Source: Flavobacteriales bacterium (GTDB lineage Bacteria; Bacteroidota; Bacteroidia; Flavobacteriales; BACL11). From it: a stretch of 64,000 nt of DNA. Numbering within the stretch: the first letter of the stretch is position 1; each line of letters begins with the position of its first letter. Of the stretch, positions 39,576-50,552 are shown in pieces. Both the position numbers and the translations under genes were made by a program. The stretch spans positions 1,751-65,750 of the forward strand of contig JABGSE010000077.1 of the NCBI GenBank assembly GCA_018647945.1, written 5' to 3'. The notes beneath the pieces are model-generated. The model worked only from the letters and a program-made list of their open reading frames with translations, did not search any database and was not told the origin of the DNA.

Positions 39576-40709
39576 ATGCTTAATTTTTCGAAATATATAA
39601 AACTAGAAGGAGATAAAACAATTTGGGGAGTTGTATTTTTCCTATTGGGATTGTCGGTATTATTGGTGTATAGTATAGATGGAGTGTCAGTAATCCGAAC
39701 TCACATCCGAAATATAATAATAGCCCTTTTTGTAATGTATTTTGTACATAAACTAAAGTTTAAATATTTTTCAAAATTAAGTGTTGTAGCGATAGTTGTA
39801 AGTATTGTTTTACTAATTGTAGTGTATTTTATTGGGAATGAAATTAATGGAGCTAAAAGGTGGATTTCTTTAGGTGGATTGTCTTTTCAACCATCCGATT
39901 TAGCGAAAATTGCTATTCTGATTTTTATGGCCAGACAAATTAGTAAATACAGAGATTATTTACATGAATTTATGGGAGTGTTTTGGTATTTGTTAGGACC
40001 ATTGATATTTATTTGTTGTTTAATTCTTCCGTATAATTTTTCTACTGCTGCTTTGGTATTTTTCAATGGTTTGGTTTTGATGATTATTGGTAAAGTACAT
40101 CTGAAATTTATTTTATTAATTGTTGGATTTTCAATGGCGGGGGTTGTATTTATTTATTTGGGAGGAAAATATGTTACTCCATTTCAGGATTTTGCTCCTC
40201 GATCAATAACTTGGGTGAGTAGAATTGATGGTTTTATTTCTCCTTCAGAAGATGATGTTAAAAATGAAGGGCATCAGTTGAATCAGGCGAAAATAGCAAT
40301 ACAAAATGGAGGAGTTCTTGGAAAAGGACCAGGAAAAGGGGTTCAAAGACATTTTTTATATGCAAGTTCTTCCGATTTTATTTATGCAATAATGATAGAA
40401 CAATATGGATTAATTATTGGAGGTATTATGCCAATTTTCCTTTATTTATTATTTTTTTATAGGTCAGTAATAATATCATCTAAAAGCGAAAGTGTTTTCG
40501 GTTCCTTAGTAGTTGCAGGGTTGTCATTTGCCTTGGTCTTTCAGGCGATAAGTAATATGGCAGTAAATGTGGGATTATTTCCCGTTACAGGACAAACTCT
40601 TCCATTAATTAGTAAAGGAGGGACATCAATTATTTTTACATGTATTGCAATAGGAATAATATTAAGTATAAGCAGAAATACAAACGATAGAGATTATGAA
40701 AAAGCTTAA
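39576..40709 (+). CDS. ftsW: SEDS glycosyltransferase FtsW
   Basis: NGAKRW, FQPSDLAK, SDFIYA, PVTGQTLPLISKGGTS. Confidence 0.95.
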   Translation: MLNFSKYIKLEGDKTIWGVVFFLLGLSVLLVYSIDGVSVIRTHIRNIIIALFVMYFVHKLKFKYFSKLSVVAIVVSIVLLIVVYFIGNEINGAKRWISLGGLSFQPSDLAKIAILIFMARQISKYRDYLHEFMGVFWYLLGPLIFICCLILPYNFSTAALVFFNGLVLMIIGKVHLKFILLIVGFSMAGVVFIYLGGKYVTPFQDFAPRSITWVSRIDGFISPSEDDVKNEGHQLNQAKIAIQNGGVLGKGPGKGVQRHFLYASSSDFIYAIMIEQYGLIIGGIMPIFLYLLFFYRSVIISSKSESVFGSLVVAGLSFALVFQAISNMAVNVGLFPVTGQTLPLISKGGTSIIFTCIAIGIILSISRNTNDRDYEKA

Positions 40710-41799
40710 AGTAATAATTAGTGGAGGAGGAACGGGAGGACATATTTTTCCGGCAATTGCAATTGCTAAACAGTTGGAAAAAAAAGTAGAGGATATTGAT
40801 ATTCTTTTTGTGGGAGCTAAAGATAGGATGGAAATGCAAAAAATCCCAGAAGCAGGTTATAAAATTGAAGGATTATGGATTAGTGGTTTGCAGAGAAGTT
40901 TGAGTTTAAGAAATCTTTCTTTTCCTTTTAAGTTGATAAGTAGTATTTTAAAATCCAGAAGCATTGTCTCCAATTTTAAAGCAGATTTGGTAATTGGTAC
41001 AGGAGGATTTGCAAGTGGACCTTTGTTATTTGTTGCTAGCAGAAAAGGGATTCCTGCACTTATTCAGGAACAGAATTCTTATCCTGGAATTACCAATAAA
41101 CTACTTTCAAAATATGTGGATAAAGTGTGTGTTGCTTATGATAAAATGAACAGATTTTTTCCTCAAGATAAAATTGAATTTACAGGAAATCCAATTAGGA
41201 AACTGATTTTGGATTTTAAGGATAAAAGGGAAGAAGGAAAAAAATTATTTAAAGTAGACAATGGGAAAAAGACCGTTTTAGTTGTCGGAGGAAGTTTGGG
41301 AGCAAGAACAATTAATGAATCTATTGGCGAAAATTTAGAGCTTTTTGTAAAAAATAATCTGAATTTGATATGGCAAACCGGTATTTCTTACGGAAATCAA
41401 TCAAAAGAATTGATAAAAAAAATAGATAAAAAAGAAATAAATGCTCATGTTTTTATTAATGAAATGGATAAAGCTTATGCGGCTGCCGATATTATCATTT
41501 CTAGGTCAGGAGCAATTGCAATTTCGGAGCTTTGTTGTATTGCAAAACCAGTTATTTTGGTTCCCTCTCCAAATGTAGCGGAGGATCATCAAACACAAAA
41601 TGCACAATCGTTAGTTAATAAGAATGCTGCACTCATGGTAAAAGATGTTGATGCAAGCGGTAAACTTGTAAGTGAGTTGGTGAAACTTTCTGAAAATAAC
41701 GTTTTACAGGAGGAACTAAGTGAAAATATAAGTGAGTTGGCGGTAACAAATGCAGCTGAAAGAATTGCAGATTTGGCATTGGAATTAATTAAAAAATGA
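40696..41799 (+). CDS. murG: MurG glycosyltransferase
   Basis: GGGTGGHIFP, EQN, GGSLGA, DHQ.QNA. Confidence 0.98.
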   Translation: MKKLKVIISGGGTGGHIFPAIAIAKQLEKKVEDIDILFVGAKDRMEMQKIPEAGYKIEGLWISGLQRSLSLRNLSFPFKLISSILKSRSIVSNFKADLVIGTGGFASGPLLFVASRKGIPALIQEQNSYPGITNKLLSKYVDKVCVAYDKMNRFFPQDKIEFTGNPIRKLILDFKDKREEGKKLFKVDNGKKTVLVVGGSLGARTINESIGENLELFVKNNLNLIWQTGISYGNQSKELIKKIDKKEINAHVFINEMDKAYAAADIIISRSGAIAISELCCIAKPVILVPSPNVAEDHQTQNAQSLVNKNAALMVKDVDASGKLVSELVKLSENNVLQEELSENISELAVTNAAERIADLALELIKK

Positions 41800-43172
41800 A
41801 TTTGAATAATTATAAACATATATATTTCATAGGAATTGGAGGTATTGGTATGTCTGCCATTGCTCGATATTTTAATAGTAAAAATCTATCAGTTTCAGGT
41901 TACGATAAGGTAAAATCAGATTTGTGTGTGGAGTTAGAAACAGAAGGAATAAGTATTCATTACAATGAGAATGTTGAAAATATTCCTAATCTGGTAAAAG
42001 AAAATAAAAATGAATGCTTAATTGTGTACACTCCAGCAATTTCAAACAGTCATTTTCAGTATCAGTATTTCCGAAAAAACAAATATAAAGTTCTGAAAAG
42101 GGCAGAGGTTTTAGGGTTAATTAGTCAAAAATATTTTACTATTGCCGTTGCAGGTACTCACGGAAAAACGACAACATCAACTATGCTTGCACATATTCTA
42201 ACTCATGGGAAAATGGATTGTACTGCCTTTTTGGGAGGAATTAGTAAGAATTATAAATCTAATTTTCTAATTAGCGAAAAGGAAAATATTATTGTGGTGG
42301 AAGCGGATGAATATGATAAATCTTTTTTACAATTAAATCCTGATATTGCAATTATTACTTCTGTTGATGCCGATCATTTGGATGTATATGGGAATAAAGA
42401 AAATTTACACAATACATTTTCAGATTTTGCTGATAACATAAAAAAGAATGGTACTTTAATATTGGAAAATAGTATTGACTCTACTTTGTTTTCTCAAAAA
42501 GAAATTTCAATTGTAAAATATTCCGCAGTAGAAAATTCAGATTATCATGCTAAAAATATTAGTGTTTCAAATGGAAAAATGGTTTTTGATGTTCATTCTC
42601 CCAAGGGCAATATTGTTGGAGCGGAACTTTGTATGGCGGGTAATCATAATATAAGTAATGCAATTGCTTGTATTTCGGTATCTCAATTAATGGGATTATC
42701 TAATGATACCATTGTAGAAGGAATACAATCTTTTCAGGGAATAAAAAGACGATTTGATGTTCAGATAAGTACTCCATATTTAGTTTTTATTGATGACTAT
42801 GCTCATCATCCAAAAGAGATTACAGAGAGTTTGAAGGCGGTAAAAATTTTACATCCAAACAAGCAAATGACAGTGGTTTTTCAGCCACATTTATATAGCA
42901 GAACTCAAGATTTTGCAGATGATTTTGCAGAAAGTTTATCTGTTGCAAATCAGTTGGTAATTTTGGATATTTATGGAGCGAGAGAAAAGGAAATTCCAGG
43001 AGTTACTTCTGAAATGCTTCTTTCAAAATGTACAAACTCAGAAAAGGAAGTGAGTAGTAAAAATGATATTGTAGAGGTTTTGAAAAAAAAGAATATTGAA
43101 CTTTTGGTAACTTTAGGAGCGGGGGATATTAGCACAAAAGTTCAGTCAATTAAAAATATGCTAGAAGGATGA
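41796..43172 (+). CDS. murC: UDP-MurNAc:L-Ala ligase
   Basis: GIGGIGMS, GTHGKTTT, EADE, DDYAHHP, FQPH. Confidence 0.98.
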   Translation: MNLNNYKHIYFIGIGGIGMSAIARYFNSKNLSVSGYDKVKSDLCVELETEGISIHYNENVENIPNLVKENKNECLIVYTPAISNSHFQYQYFRKNKYKVLKRAEVLGLISQKYFTIAVAGTHGKTTTSTMLAHILTHGKMDCTAFLGGISKNYKSNFLISEKENIIVVEADEYDKSFLQLNPDIAIITSVDADHLDVYGNKENLHNTFSDFADNIKKNGTLILENSIDSTLFSQKEISIVKYSAVENSDYHAKNISVSNGKMVFDVHSPKGNIVGAELCMAGNHNISNAIACISVSQLMGLSNDTIVEGIQSFQGIKRRFDVQISTPYLVFIDDYAHHPKEITESLKAVKILHPNKQMTVVFQPHLYSRTQDFADDFAESLSVANQLVILDIYGAREKEIPGVTSEMLLSKCTNSEKEVSSKNDIVEVLKKKNIELLVTLGAGDISTKVQSIKNMLEG

Positions 43173-43879
43173 AAAATATATTTAACATAATCCGTTTTGT
43201 ATTAGGACTTTTACTTTTGATTGTTTTAATGTCCTTTTCGTACTACAAAATTGGGGAACAATTATGTGAGATAAAAAGTATTGACATTCAAGTTGATGAA
43301 AATAAATTTGTGACTCTTCATTTAATTACACAACTTTTAAATGAGAACTCTATTCATCCAAATGATAAAAAATTAGCAACTATTTCGGCAAATAAAATTG
43401 AATCAATTTTAGAAAACCATTCTTCAATAAAAACTGCAAATGTGTTTTCCGATTTGAAAGGAAATATAAGTATTCATGTTTTATCTAGAGTTCCTATTGT
43501 CCGAATTCAGAATAAAAAAGAAGGCTATTATATTGATTTGGATGGAGATAAAATGCCGTTTTCAAATTTATATACTTCCAGAATTTTGTTGATTACTGGA
43601 AATATTGATGAAGTAGAAAATGAGGATTTGTTTACTATTTCCGAGTATATCTATAATGATGAATTTTTGAAGAAACAAATAGTACAAATAAATATTGAGA
43701 AAAGTGAACTTACGCTTTATACTAGAGTTGGGGAATATATTGAATTTGGGGAAGTGAAAAATATAAATACAAAATTTAATAATTTAAGGTTGTATTACGA
43801 CAAAGGAACAAAGGAAAATTTGATATATAAAACGATAAGCTTGAAGTATAACAATCAAATAGTATGTACTAAAAAATAA
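43169..43879 (+). CDS. ftsQ: Cell division protein FtsQ
   Basis: N-terminal TM, POTRA-like region, QIVCTK end; position between murC and ftsA. Confidence 0.85.
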   Translation: MKNIFNIIRFVLGLLLLIVLMSFSYYKIGEQLCEIKSIDIQVDENKFVTLHLITQLLNENSIHPNDKKLATISANKIESILENHSSIKTANVFSDLKGNISIHVLSRVPIVRIQNKKEGYYIDLDGDKMPFSNLYTSRILLITGNIDEVENEDLFTISEYIYNDEFLKKQIVQINIEKSELTLYTRVGEYIEFGEVKNINTKFNNLRLYYDKGTKENLIYKTISLKYNNQIVCTKK

Positions 43880-43883
43880 TATT

Positions 43884-45206
43884 ATGACAGAGAACACAGA
43901 TAATACAGAAAAACAAAATAAAATGACAAATTCGCAAATTATTGTAGGGCTTGATATCGGAACAACAAAAATTTCCGTGATGGTTGGTAAAAAGAATCAA
44001 TATGGAAAATTAGATATTCTGGGTACAGGAAAAGCAATTTCTGCTGGAGTGATGAGAGGTGTTGTGTCAAATATTGATAAAACAGTAGAATCTATAAAAA
44101 TTGCAGTGGAGCAAGCCGAGCTTGATTCGGGAATACAGATTAAGGAAGTTTATGTAGGTATTGCTGGGCAACACATTAAAAGTTTACAACACAGAGGAGA
44201 TTTGGTAAGGGATAATATTGATGAGGAAATAAATATTGATGACATCAACAAACTTTCCTCAAATATGTTCAAGTTGGTTACAATTCCTGGTGAAAAGGTC
44301 ATCCATGTTATTCCTCAAGAGTACACTGTGGATGGAGAGGAATGTATACAGGATCCAAAAGGAATGGCGGGTGTAAAATTGGAGGCTAATTTTCATATTA
44401 TTACGGCAAAAGTTGCAGCGGTAAAAAATATAATGAGATGCGTTCAGAAAGCGGGACTAACCCCTAAAAATTTAATTTTAGAACCATTTGCTTCCGCAGT
44501 GGCAGTGTTGGATAAAGATGAGTTGAATGAAGGTGTGTGTTTGGTAGATATTGGTGGTGGAACTACTGATGTTGCATTCTTTTTAGATGGGATAATTCGT
44601 CATACTGCGGTAATTCCTTTTGGAGGAAATGTGATTACAACTGATATTAAATCTGGAATTCAGATTTTGGAAAAACAGGCAGAGATGTTGAAAATAAAAT
44701 TTGGATGTGCAATGGAAAGTGCAACAAAGGACAATGTAATGGTTTCTATTCCAGGACTAAGAGGAAGGGATCCAAAAGAGGTTTCTGTAAAAAACCTTTC
44801 AGCAATTATTGAATCCAGAATGAAAGAGATAATTGAACTTGTAAATCATCAAATTATATCTTCAGGTTTTCAAAATAAATTAATGACAGGAATTGTGATT
44901 ACAGGAGGAGGATCTCAACTGAGAAGTTTACCACAATTGGTGTCCTATATAACAGGAAAGGAAGTGAGAGTTGGAGTTCCGAACGAACATTTAGGGTCGG
45001 AATCTAAAAGTAAAGTTAAGAGTCCTATGTTTTCTACCGGTGTAGGTTTGGTGCAAAAAGGATTTGAAGAAGTAGATTGGAAAGAGATTCAGGAAAATAC
45101 TCCTATCAATTTGGAGAAGCCAGAGGAGGAGCCTTCAACAATAGGTTTGAAAGGGAAATTTATTGGATTTCTTGATAACCTTTTTAGTGATGAAGAATTA
45201 AATTAA
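43884..45206 (+). CDS. ftsA: Cell division protein FtsA (alternative start 43923)
   Basis: GLDIGTTK, DIGGGTTD, TGGGSQL, STGVGL. Confidence 0.97.
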   Translation: MTENTDNTEKQNKMTNSQIIVGLDIGTTKISVMVGKKNQYGKLDILGTGKAISAGVMRGVVSNIDKTVESIKIAVEQAELDSGIQIKEVYVGIAGQHIKSLQHRGDLVRDNIDEEINIDDINKLSSNMFKLVTIPGEKVIHVIPQEYTVDGEECIQDPKGMAGVKLEANFHIITAKVAAVKNIMRCVQKAGLTPKNLILEPFASAVAVLDKDELNEGVCLVDIGGGTTDVAFFLDGIIRHTAVIPFGGNVITTDIKSGIQILEKQAEMLKIKFGCAMESATKDNVMVSIPGLRGRDPKEVSVKNLSAIIESRMKEIIELVNHQIISSGFQNKLMTGIVITGGGSQLRSLPQLVSYITGKEVRVGVPNEHLGSESKSKVKSPMFSTGVGLVQKGFEEVDWKEIQENTPINLEKPEEEPSTIGLKGKFIGFLDNLFSDEELN

Positions 45207-45247
45207 ATAATAAACAAAAAATATTAACCAATTAAATCAATAAAATT

Positions 45248-46888
45248 ATGAGCGAAAAAGACAACATAATTGATTTTAATCTCCCAAAAAACAAATCATC
45301 AGTTATAAAAGTAATTGGTATTGGTGGTGGAGGTGGAAATGCAATTAACTACATGTATAAAAATGGAATTGCTGGTGTGGATTTTGTAATCTGTAATACA
45401 GATACGCAAGCACTTGAAGCCAGTGATATTCCTGTGAAAATTCAGCTTGGAGAATCACTTACTGGTGGTTTGGGAGCTGGATCTAATCCGGAAACGGGTA
45501 GACAAGCGGCCTTAGAAAGTATTGATAAAATCAACGAACTTTTGGACGCCAATACTGAAATGTTATTTATTACTGCAGGAATGGGTGGTGGTACCGGAAC
45601 AGGAGCGGCTCCTGTTGTTGCGCAAGCAGCAAGGGATAAAGGTATTCTTACTGTGGGAGTGGTTACAGTTCCTTTTCACACAGAAGGAGGGAGAAGAAAA
45701 GAACATGCGAAAAATGGTTTGGAAGAATTGAGAAATAATGTAGACACTCTGTTGATAATTGATAATGAAAAACTAATTGAAGTGTATGGAGACCTAACTT
45801 TGAAAAGAGCATTTGGTAAAGCAAATGAGGTGTTGAATACTGCAACTAAAGGAATTGCGGAAGTTATTTCTCAGTATTTGGATATTAATATTGACCTTAA
45901 TGATGCCAGATTGGTATTAGAAAATAGTGGTACTGCCATAATGGGACAAGCTATTTCGGAAGGTGAAAATAGAGCAATTGATGCAGTAAAACAAGCTTTG
46001 GACTCTCCACTCTTGAATGATAATGATATTAGAGGTTCTAAACATGTGTTATTGAAAATTGTAACTGGTGAGGAAGATGATGAAATATCAATGAACGAAT
46101 TGAAAATTATTAACAATGCAATACAACAAGCTGCTGGCTCGGATGTAAATATTATTTTGGGTGCTGGAACAGATTCTGAACTTGGGAATCAATTAAGTAT
46201 AACGGTTATTGCTACAGGATTTAAGGTAAAAGAAGAACCCAAAGATATTTATATAGGGATAGGAGAAGGTAATTTGGAATCTCTTAATAACAAGAAGATT
46301 GAACAAGCTCCGGAAGCTATTACAGAAGATTTTTCTCAGCAATCAATGTTTGATTTTGATAAGCAAGATTATAAAGATACAATTGATTATATTGAAGAAA
46401 ACCAAGAAACTGAAGTAGAGGATGAAGAAGGTTTGTTGGATTTTGAAGTAACTGATATTGAAGAAGAAAATAATGTTGTAGAATTTGATTTGGATGAGCC
46501 ATCTGAAAAAATAGTATTGAATTTAGAAGATGATGTAGAAGAAGTAATGACTGATGAAGTAGAAGAGATTGTAAATAAAATAGAGGAAGTTGAAGAAAAG
46601 GAGGTTAAAACTCCTGATTTGCAAATAAATCCTCAGCAAACTCAGGAGAATGAAATTACTTCTAGAAAAAGAGATGAAAAATTGAAAAATATATCTAATA
46701 TTTTGAGAACACCTTCTGGTTTAACTAATCTGATAGACGAGCCGGCATACAAAAGAAATGGAATTGACCTGGAGGAGGTTCCTCACTCTTCCGAATCGGA
46801 AATATCTAGACATACATTATCTTTGGGAGATGATAATTCTGTTCAGATAAAACCGAATAATTCTTTTCTACACGATAATGTGGATTAA
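45248..46888 (+). CDS. ftsZ: Cell division protein FtsZ with long acidic linker
   Basis: GGGGGNA, GGGTGTG, NIDLND, FLHDNVD terminus. Confidence 0.99.
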   Translation: MSEKDNIIDFNLPKNKSSVIKVIGIGGGGGNAINYMYKNGIAGVDFVICNTDTQALEASDIPVKIQLGESLTGGLGAGSNPETGRQAALESIDKINELLDANTEMLFITAGMGGGTGTGAAPVVAQAARDKGILTVGVVTVPFHTEGGRRKEHAKNGLEELRNNVDTLLIIDNEKLIEVYGDLTLKRAFGKANEVLNTATKGIAEVISQYLDINIDLNDARLVLENSGTAIMGQAISEGENRAIDAVKQALDSPLLNDNDIRGSKHVLLKIVTGEEDDEISMNELKIINNAIQQAAGSDVNIILGAGTDSELGNQLSITVIATGFKVKEEPKDIYIGIGEGNLESLNNKKIEQAPEAITEDFSQQSMFDFDKQDYKDTIDYIEENQETEVEDEEGLLDFEVTDIEEENNVVEFDLDEPSEKIVLNLEDDVEEVMTDEVEEIVNKIEEVEEKEVKTPDLQINPQQTQENEITSRKRDEKLKNISNILRTPSGLTNLIDEPAYKRNGIDLEEVPHSSESEISRHTLSLGDDNSVQIKPNNSFLHDNVD

Positions 46889-46909
46889 TAATTAAAATCG
46901 CTCATATTT

Positions 46910-46941
46910 AAAAATCCTCAACTTATGTTGGGGATTTTTTT
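46910..46941 (+). terminator. Intrinsic terminator after ftsZ (possibly bidirectional)
   Basis: AAAAATCCTCAAC-TTAT-GTTGGGGATTTTTTT. Confidence 0.88.
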
Positions 46942-46980
46942 GTTTTATATTATTCCTAAATTACTAGATTAAAAATAGAG

Positions 46981-47001
46981 ATACTATGCCAAGCATAGTA
47001 T
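46981..47001. repeat. Perfect 9-bp inverted repeat ATACTATGC-CAA-GCATAGTAT
   Basis: Read directly; ends 16 bp before the -7 element TATCTTTG (47018-47025). Confidence 0.85.
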
Positions 47002-47055
47002 TTAATTTTAGATAAATTATCTTTGTGACATTATTAATCAACTCATATCTCTTTT

Positions 47056-47397
47056 ATGAAAAAACTAATTTTACTTTTAATTACTTTAATTACACTGATA
47101 AATGTAAGCTATGCTTCTTTTCCTCTAAGTCAAGAAATTAAAACTGAGATTCTGGAAATATCAAAATCAGAGAATGAATCTTTAAGCGATCCATTTGAAC
47201 TAACGGGGTTAGCAATTGCAATTTTAATATTTTACCTTTTTCGAGCATCTGTAAAAACTACCGATCCTAATGAAAGAAAAAGATTACGCATTTATGCTTT
47301 TACTCTTTCAATATTATTAATCCTTGCTTTTATTATACTATCTCTTATATTACACAGTATGAGTTCATCTTGGATAAACTTTTTCGATAGCCTTTAA
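47056..47397 (+). CDS. Hypothetical protein: signal peptide plus two TM helices (113 aa)
   Basis: MKKLILLLITLITLINVSYA/SFP, own -7 element, two C-terminal hydrophobic helices. Confidence 0.8.
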   Translation: MKKLILLLITLITLINVSYASFPLSQEIKTEILEISKSENESLSDPFELTGLAIAILIFYLFRASVKTTDPNERKRLRIYAFTLSILLILAFIILSLILHSMSSSWINFFDSL

Positions 47398-47456
47398 TGA
47401 AAAAACTGATATTACTTTTAATCACGATAACTACACTTACAAATGTAGGGATTTAA
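47397..47456 (+). pseudogene. Truncated paralog 5' end (MKKLILLLITITTLTNVGI*)
   Basis: 43/51 nt identical to 47056-47106; starts at a TAATG overlap with the preceding stop. Confidence 0.8.
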
Positions 47457-47476
47457 AATTTTATATTTAAGAAATA

Positions 47477-49123
<1,647 letters not shown>

Positions 49124-49405
49124 TTATGAAATAATTGCGAAAATATCAGATTCCTTCATAATAAGGTAATCTTCTCCTTTATGTTTTAATTCTGTTCCAG
49201 CATATTTTCCGTAAAGTACAGTATCTCCAACTTTTACTGTAATCGGATTTTCTTTTGTTCCTTTTCCAATTGCAGCAATTTTACCTTTTTGTGGTTTTTC
49301 TTGTGCGTTATCGGGTATAATAATTCCTGAAGCTGTTTTGGTTTCTGCTTCCGATACTTTAATAAGTACTCTGTCGGCAAGAGGTGTAATATTTAATTTA
49401 CTCAT
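49124..49405 (-). CDS. groS: Co-chaperonin GroES
   Basis: [29 protein letters not shown]. Confidence 0.99.
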   Translation of the reverse strand: MSKLNITPLADRVLIKVSEAETKTASGIIIPDNAQEKPQKGKIAAIGKGTKENPITVKVGDTVLYGKYAGTELKHKGEDYLIMKESDIFAIIS

Positions 49406-49453
49406 TTTTAATAATTTTAGTTATACAAATATACTCAATCTGTTTACTACTAA

Positions 49454-49470
49454 TACAAATAACATGCCAA
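49454..49470 (-). promoter_or_regulatory. Putative sigma54 -24/-12 promoter of groES (TTGGCATGTTATTTGTA)
   Basis: TGGCA..GG-N10-GT, one mismatch to GG-N10-GC, about 50 bp upstream of groES. Confidence 0.6.
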
Positions 49471-49530
49471 ATAAATTTCAGGAAATGAAAAACGAAATTT
49501 TGTCAGAAAAGTTGAAACTGATCGCTTCAA

Positions 49531-49863
49531 TTAGTTTGAATCGGAAACGTTTTGATTAAAATCAGATGATTGACTCTGCATGTTTTCTTCAATTGCTTTG
49601 TCTTTTCCAATTGATTCAATTTCAGATGTTCCTCTATCAATTGCAAAGTTAGATGAAAGTATTAAAACAATCATAGTAATTCCAAGTGCCCAAGTAGCTT
49701 TTTCTAAAAAATCAGTTGTTTTCTTTACTCCCATCATTTGGCTTGCTCCTCCTCCAAAGGAAGAAGATAAACCTCCTCCTTTCGGGTTTTGTATAAGGAT
49801 GATTAAAACGAGTAGTACTGAACAGATTATAATTAATGTTGCAAAAATTGTGTAAGCTCCCAT
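49531..49863 (-). CDS. secG: Preprotein translocase SecG
   Basis: IQNPKGGGLSSSFGG, TTDFLEKATW. Confidence 0.96.
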   Translation of the reverse strand: MGAYTIFATLIIICSVLLVLIILIQNPKGGGLSSSFGGGASQMMGVKKTTDFLEKATWALGITMIVLILSSNFAIDRGTSEIESIGKDKAIEENMQSQSSDFNQNVSDSN

Positions 49864-49866
49864 TTG

Positions 49867-50550
49867 TTATTTCTTTTTTAAGTCGATTATCAAATTAATT
49901 TGGTCGGCAAATAAACTGCTTTTTTCTGGATATTTCAAACTTAATTTTTTATAAGCTGAAATTGCCTTGTCAAAATGTTGTTGTTCCAGATAAACACGGG
50001 CCAAAGTTTCGGTTACAAGTTCATCATTTTCTATTAATGATGTTTTTGCAGTTTCAGTAGGGGAGAAGAATTTGGTCTTTTCCGCTTTCATAATTGGTTT
50101 TGTGTCAATAAATTTATCAATTAAATCATTTGGGTTTTCTTTTATTTCTTCTCTATTTATCTTTTTTACTTTGGTAAGTGCCAACCACTCCGAAAAAGAA
50201 TGCTCTTCAGTTTCGTCAAACTCCAATGGTTTTCCGATTTCTAATTTTTCTTCTGTTATTGTTTTTTCTTTTACAATTTTTGGAAGTTCAGTTTTGGTAT
50301 TTTCTAACACTACCACTTTATTTTCTGTAATTAATTTGAAAAGTAACTTTCGGTTAGCGCTGTAAACTGCCGCTCTTTTTAATTGTCTATTATATCTAAA
50401 ACTTTCTGTATTTAATAGTCCTTTTGCAAGTAGTTGCTGCGGAGCAGAAAAGAAGGGAAATTCATCAGTTATTTTCTCCAAATTCTGAAGATGATTATTC
50501 CCAATTTTTTCAGGGTTTTCAATTAAAAATATTAGATTTTCAGTATTCAT
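49867..50550 (-). CDS. Conserved Bacteroidota protein with C-terminal TPR-like motif
   Basis: TETLARVYLEQ..DKAI.AY.KLSLKYPEKSSLFA; between lptE and secG. Confidence 0.8.
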   Translation of the reverse strand: MNTENLIFLIENPEKIGNNHLQNLEKITDEFPFFSAPQQLLAKGLLNTESFRYNRQLKRAAVYSANRKLLFKLITENKVVVLENTKTELPKIVKEKTITEEKLEIGKPLEFDETEEHSFSEWLALTKVKKINREEIKENPNDLIDKFIDTKPIMKAEKTKFFSPTETAKTSLIENDELVTETLARVYLEQQHFDKAISAYKKLSLKYPEKSSLFADQINLIIDLKKK

Positions 50551-50552
50551 TA

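Noticed and set aside
46970-46993. TTGGCATAGTAT on the - strand as a sigma54 promoter
   Set aside because: No -12 element at GG-N10 (reads CT) and no gene downstream in that orientation
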